A DNA stretch of 20,000 nucleotides from an uncultured Acidimicrobiales bacterium (lineage in GTDB: Bacteria; Actinomycetota; Acidimicrobiia; Acidimicrobiales; UBA10347), in assembly GCA_943788915.1 (NCBI GenBank), contig CALSSD010000010.1, positions 801,454 through 821,453 of the forward strand, given 5' to 3'. Numbering within the stretch: the stretch's first letter is position 1; each line of letters starts with the position of its first letter. Shown here one piece after another: positions 15,564 to 20,000 of this stretch. The position numbers and the translations under genes were made by a program. The notes below the pieces were generated by a model, which saw nothing but the letters and a program-made list of their open reading frames with translations, did not search any database and had not been told where the DNA came from.

Positions 15564-17420
15564 CTATCCGTTCGCAACTGTCGCATGAAAGAGGTAACCC
15601 TCTAACGCGTCTTGGAGTTCTGACCTGTCCTGGTCGTTTGCGTTGACCAGAGTGACGGTGACGTTCATCCCCCGTGGCCCGCCAGCTCTCGCTTCTACGT
15701 CCCCAGTCAGTTCCCGTTCGGCCAGGACCTTTTGTACCGCGCGTTGCGTGGCCTCTTCGCGGAGCACCGGCTTGAAGATCTTGCCAACAGCAGTCATAGG
15801 GATCGCTTCGACGATGCGGATGTCCTTGGGCCATGCAGGCCGTTCGCTGATTTCGGCCTCTGCGAAGCTACGCAGTTCGTCCTCGCTGGTGACGGTGTCA
15901 GGGCGGAGTTGCACATAACAGACGGGAAGTTCGCCGGCGTAGGAATCGGGCATCCCCACCGCTGCGGCGACCGCGACCGCGGGGTGACGTTGGAGAGTGT
16001 TCTCGATCATCAAGGGGTCGATGTTGTGCCCGCTGCGGATGATCAGATCCTTGGACCTACCAGCGATGTAGATCCTGCCTTCTGCGTCGGTATAGCCGAG
16101 GTCACCGCTATTGAGTTCTCCGTTGACGAAGGTCCCAGCGTTCTGATCAGTGTTGCGGTACCCGGGTGACACGGTTGGGCCACCGATCGCCAACACCCCG
16201 ACTTCGCCGACGTCACACGGGTCGCCCAGTGACCCGTCCTGGGTGAGGCGTCGAACGCTGACCTGCGTATAGGGGAGCCGGAGGCCGACTGAGCCTGCAC
16301 CTCCTTCACCCTCGAACGGGTTACAAGAGATCAACCCCGACGCCTCGGTCATCCCAAAGATCTCGTTGAGCTTCTTGCCCGTGACCGCCTCGAACTTCTC
16401 GCGCACCGCAACAGGGAGCGACGACGCACCGGTGAGGCCACCTCGAACCGAAGTGATGTCAGCCCCGTCGAGAGGTATCTCCGCGATCGCTCCGATCGAA
16501 GTAGGCACGCCACCTGCGAGCGTTACCCCGTAGCGTTCGCAAAGTCGCCAGAAATTCGTCACCATCGCAGGGTTCCTCAGCCCTGATGGGGACATCAGCA
16601 CGATCTCGGACCCGGCCAGGAACGTGCTGATACCGAGCAGGATCGTGCCAGCTACATGGAACATGGGCAGGGTGCCAGTAACGACGTCGTCGGGCCCAAG
16701 GTTCATCAGCGCGGCGCAGCCGAATGCCGCGGTCAACTGGCCATTGTGGCTGTGGGCGGCAAGCTTCGGGACTCCGGTCGTCCCGCCAGTGTGGAAGTAC
16801 GCAGCAACATCGTCCCCTCGACCTGGGGTTCCGAACACCAGCCGGTCCGATGGATAATCGCCGATTTCGACAAAGAAGTCGATGACGCCATCGACCGATG
16901 GCGTGCCAGGCGGCACAACCCGTACCACGGTGAGGTCGGGCATCTGACGCTTCAGCTCGAGTGATTTCTCCCAGATATCGAGCTGAGGATGCGGGCCGAA
17001 GGTGACAAGAATCCTTGCGTCCGAAGCTTCTAGAAGACCCCGGATGTGATCGGGCTGCAAAAGGAAATTGATTGGTACCGCATACCCAACGGTCTCGGCT
17101 GCCCAGAGCACCGCATGGGTCTCGATGAGCGTCGGCAACATGAAGGCCACACCTGGCCGCTCACCGCCGAGACCAGAAAACATGTTGGCGGTCTGACGAA
17201 CGAGGGCTAACAATTCTGTGTAGTTCACGCTGCGAGGGTCTTCGTCGACATCTCCCGTCATCAGCATCGTAAGAGCGGTCCGATCGCCATATTCCTCCGC
17301 AGCGCGAAGCAAGACGTCGTACACACTGTTGCCAGGCAGTCGCTCGTCGAGAGGCATCTCTGCCTCGAACTGCTCCACGTCCGAAAGTGTTTTCAACGGA
17401 TTTGCAAGCCAGCTCGTCAT
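15564..17420 (-). CDS. Acyl-CoA synthetase (AMP-forming)
   Basis: YFHTGGTTGVPK, LPMFHV, EIFGMTE, SGDLG, GRSKDLIIRSGHNIDP and VGKIFK. RBS GAGGAG; start ATG 17420 or 17423. Confidence 0.93.
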   Translation of the reverse strand: MTSWLANPLKTLSDVEQFEAEMPLDERLPGNSVYDVLLRAAEEYGDRTALTMLMTGDVDEDPRSVNYTELLALVRQTANMFSGLGGERPGVAFMLPTLIETHAVLWAAETVGYAVPINFLLQPDHIRGLLEASDARILVTFGPHPQLDIWEKSLELKRQMPDLTVVRVVPPGTPSVDGVIDFFVEIGDYPSDRLVFGTPGRGDDVAAYFHTGGTTGVPKLAAHSHNGQLTAAFGCAALMNLGPDDVVTGTLPMFHVAGTILLGISTFLAGSEIVLMSPSGLRNPAMVTNFWRLCERYGVTLAGGVPTSIGAIAEIPLDGADITSVRGGLTGASSLPVAVREKFEAVTGKKLNEIFGMTEASGLISCNPFEGEGGAGSVGLRLPYTQVSVRRLTQDGSLGDPCDVGEVGVLAIGGPTVSPGYRNTDQNAGTFVNGELNSGDLGYTDAEGRIYIAGRSKDLIIRSGHNIDPLMIENTLQRHPAVAVAAAVGMPDSYAGELPVCYVQLRPDTVTSEDELRSFAEAEISERPAWPKDIRIVEAIPMTAVGKIFKPVLREEATQRAVQKVLAERELTGDVEARAGGPRGMNVTVTLVNANDQDRSELQDALEGYLFHATVANG

Positions 17421-17461
17421 CATGGACTCCTCACGCAGCCGGCCACCGTAGCCAATCACTG

Positions 17462-17493
17462 TTGTCTGCTGACAGTGGTTTGTCTGCTGACAG
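17462..17493. promoter_or_regulatory. Tandem palindromic operator candidates TGTC-N4-GACA x2
   Basis: TTGTCTGCTGACAG occurs exactly at 17462-17475 and 17480-17493, upstream of the acyl-CoA synthetase. Confidence 0.55.
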
Positions 17494-17781
17494 GAGTTGC
17501 GGTTGCCTTCAGCTTCGTGATGCTCTCGATTGTTGCACGGTCGTCGATAGCCCCAACTGGAGATCGGTAACCCAGCTGTCGGTTCGCCAAGTCACCGACC
17601 GTCTCCACGGCTGCGTGCCGCTGCCAGCAGGGATACTGCCAACAGTCAGACGTCGGCGATGTTGAGTGCTCCTACCGACCGGCTGCTGCACCCCCGCTTC
17701 AGAAGGCATCACACGGCTCTGCGGATATTCACCGAGCGATGCGCGACTATCGTGCGTTCACCTAGCCAGGAGGACAGCAGC

Positions 17782-18555
17782 ATGCGCAGGCTCGACGAAC
17801 GGGTGGCCATTGTCACCGGTGCAAGTTCCGGTATCGGACGGGCGATCGCCCAGCGCTTTGCCGAAGAAGGGGCCACCGTGGTGATCGCCGATGTGCGCAC
17901 CGAACCACTCGAAGGTGGCGAGCCGACCGTCGATACGATCGTCGCCCACGGCGGCCGGGCGGAGTACCGCCAGGTCGACGTTTCATCGTGGGAACAGGTG
18001 GATGCGCTGGTCAGCGAGACGGTCGAGCGCCATGGTGCGTTGGACATCATGGTTAACAACGCTGCGATCGGCACGGGTACGCCATTGCTTGAAACCGGCG
18101 AAGACGACTGGAATCGAGTGATGGACGTCAACGTCACCGGGGTGTTCTTTGGCTGCAAGCGGGCAGTGCGCCAGATGCTCGAGCAACCCATACGCGCCGA
18201 GGCGCGGGGGAGAATCGTCAACATCTCGTCTCAACACGGAATGGTCTCGTCGCCAAACAACTTTGCCTACGGTGTGAGTAAGTCGGCGATTGTCTACATG
18301 ACCCGCCAGATCGCGGCTGACTACGGTGACCAGCACATCGTGTGTAACGCGGTAGCGCCGGGAAAAATTTTGACCGGCCGAGGCGGCGCTGCGATCAGCG
18401 AGTCAGCCATCGCCTATTCGAACTCACGAACGCCGATGCCACGCCTAGGGCGCCCCAGCGACGTCGCCAATGCGGCACTGTTTCTCGCAAGCGATGAGTG
18501 CACGTACATGACCGGCGTCAATCTCATGGTCGATGGCGGCTGGATGGCCTCGTAG
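17782..18555 (+). CDS. SDR family oxidoreductase (likely NAD-preferring)
   Basis: AGGAGG RBS, TGASSGIG, acidic residue after beta2 (IADV), NNAA, S...YGVSK and VDGG. Confidence 0.92.
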   Translation: MRRLDERVAIVTGASSGIGRAIAQRFAEEGATVVIADVRTEPLEGGEPTVDTIVAHGGRAEYRQVDVSSWEQVDALVSETVERHGALDIMVNNAAIGTGTPLLETGEDDWNRVMDVNVTGVFFGCKRAVRQMLEQPIRAEARGRIVNISSQHGMVSSPNNFAYGVSKSAIVYMTRQIAADYGDQHIVCNAVAPGKILTGRGGAAISESAIAYSNSRTPMPRLGRPSDVANAALFLASDECTYMTGVNLMVDGGWMAS

Positions 18556-18664
18556 CCATGTCGCATCGGGAAAGGCGCTGTTCCGCCTCGAGGATCACCC
18601 GCTTGCTACGCAACCGCTAACGTCGAACAGGAGCTGACGCTGCAGTCACCCGCAGGAGGGGACG

Positions 18665-19994
18665 ATGACCGACACCCAGATCGATCGTGAAACCTGGCTG
18701 GCGCGAAAGCCGGTCCGCAGTCCGGAAATGGAGCAGGCGATTTTCGGTGGTGACGTGGGCGATGCTGCCGACCTGCCGCTCGACGAAATCAACCCGTTGA
18801 ATCCGCACCTGTTCCGCGAGCACCGGTGGCACGACCACTTCGCCCGGTTGCGACGTGAGGACCCCGTTCATTTGAACGAACTCGGATCTGCGGGTCGCTA
18901 CTGGAACGTCACTCGTTATGACGACGTGCGGGCCGTCGATGGCGACTGGAAGACCTTCTCCTCGGCTGATGGCATCACGATCGGACCTCCGGTCGGCGTG
19001 CCGATACCCGAGTCGATCGGCAACGTCGGCTCGTTCATAGCGATGGACCCGCCGGAACAAACTATGCAACGCAAAACCGTGCGAGGCATCTCTGCTCCTA
19101 GCAGCCTGCGTAACCTCGACGATCTCATCCGCGAACGGACCGGTCGCGGTGCTGGACGGTCTTCCCGAGGGTGAAACCTTCGACTGGGTCGAAAACGTCT
19201 CTATCGAGCTGACCACCCTGCTACTGGCCACCCTGTTCGACTTCCCGCTCGAAGACCGGCACAAACTCACCCGCTGGTCCGATGTCGTTACCTCGATTCC
19301 ACAACCCGGTGGGTTGGTCGAATCAGGAGCTCAGCAGCGCCACGAAATACGCGAGTGCCTCGAGTACTTCGAAGGACTGTGGGAGGAACGCCGAGCGAAC
19401 CCCGGCTTCGACCTCGTCTCGATGCTCGCACATGGTGAGGCCACCAAGGACATGCCGGCGGCGGCACATCTTGGCAATCTGTTCCTGCTTATCGTCGGCG
19501 GAAACGACACCACCCGCAACTCGATGTCGGGCAGCGTCTACGGCCTAAACACCTATCCCGATCAGTACGACAAACTCGTCGCCGACCCATCGCTTGTAGC
19601 GAACCTGGTTCCCGAGATCATCCGGTGGCAAACTCCATTGTCGTACATGCGACGCACCGCGACACGAGACACCGAACTCGGTGGCAAACAGATCCTCAAG
19701 GACGACCAGGTACTCATGTGGTACCTGTCGGCCAACCGAGACGAAGACGTCTTTGGCGACAACGCCGAGGCCATCGACTTGGCGCGACCCAACGCCGAGC
19801 GGCACCTGTCGTTCGGATATGGCATCCACTTCTGTATGGGTAGCCGCCTTGCCGAGCTGCAACTCCGCATCCTGTGGGAAGAAGTCCTGCAACGTTTCGA
19901 CCGCATCGAAGTCGTGGGCGACCCAGAACGAACCTTCTCCGCGTTCATCAATGGCTACACCAACCTGCCAGTCCAGGTGACCCGCAAGCGCTAA
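18665..19994 (+). pseudogene. Cytochrome P450, CYP153-like, 1-bp insertion at about 19144 (or sequencing error)
   Basis: AGGAGG RBS, SFIAMDPP, LLIVGGNDTTRNSMSG, EIIRWQTPL (ExxR) and heme motif FGYGIHFCMG. Removing one base from ACC GGT CGC GGT GCT gives RERTGAVLDGLP. Confidence 0.9.
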
Positions 19995-20000
19995 CAGGCA

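Noticed and set aside
19140..19150. Programmed frameshifting in the P450, hydrolase or amidohydrolase
   Set aside because: No slippery heptamer or long homopolymer at the sites, and I know of no precedent in these families.

Overview
GC-rich bacterial chromosomal window. Gene content and regulatory motifs suggest an Actinomycetota genome, possibly Acidimicrobiia; this is inference only. The left third is largely core-like: nadD-rsfS, a secreted hypothetical protein, a DUF222/HNH endonuclease gene, a GT2 glycosyltransferase, tRNA-Cys(GCA), a Pro-rich membrane protein and tRNA-Val(GAC). After tRNA-Val comes an accessory patchwork: an acidic repeat-rich membrane-anchored protein, a 3'-truncated FtsX-like permease, an LLM oxidoreductase, two alpha/beta hydrolases, a D-aminoacylase-like amidohydrolase, a PhyH dioxygenase, two SDRs, a BTAD-like fragment, an acyl-CoA synthetase and a CYP153-like P450. 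Three of these genes carry single-base frameshifts, which may be sequencing errors or recent decay. The best leads are (1) the DUF222-HNH gene with both a PafBC-type promoter and a LexA box upstream and a perfect 19-bp inverted repeat just downstream, (2) the Asp/Phe-alternating, Cys-repeat orphan protein next to tRNA-Val, and (3) several structured leaders and operators, including a hairpin after tRNA-Cys that sequesters the next gene's RBS. No CRISPR array, integrase or transposase is visible, and I cannot support a complete novel multi-gene system from sequence alone.
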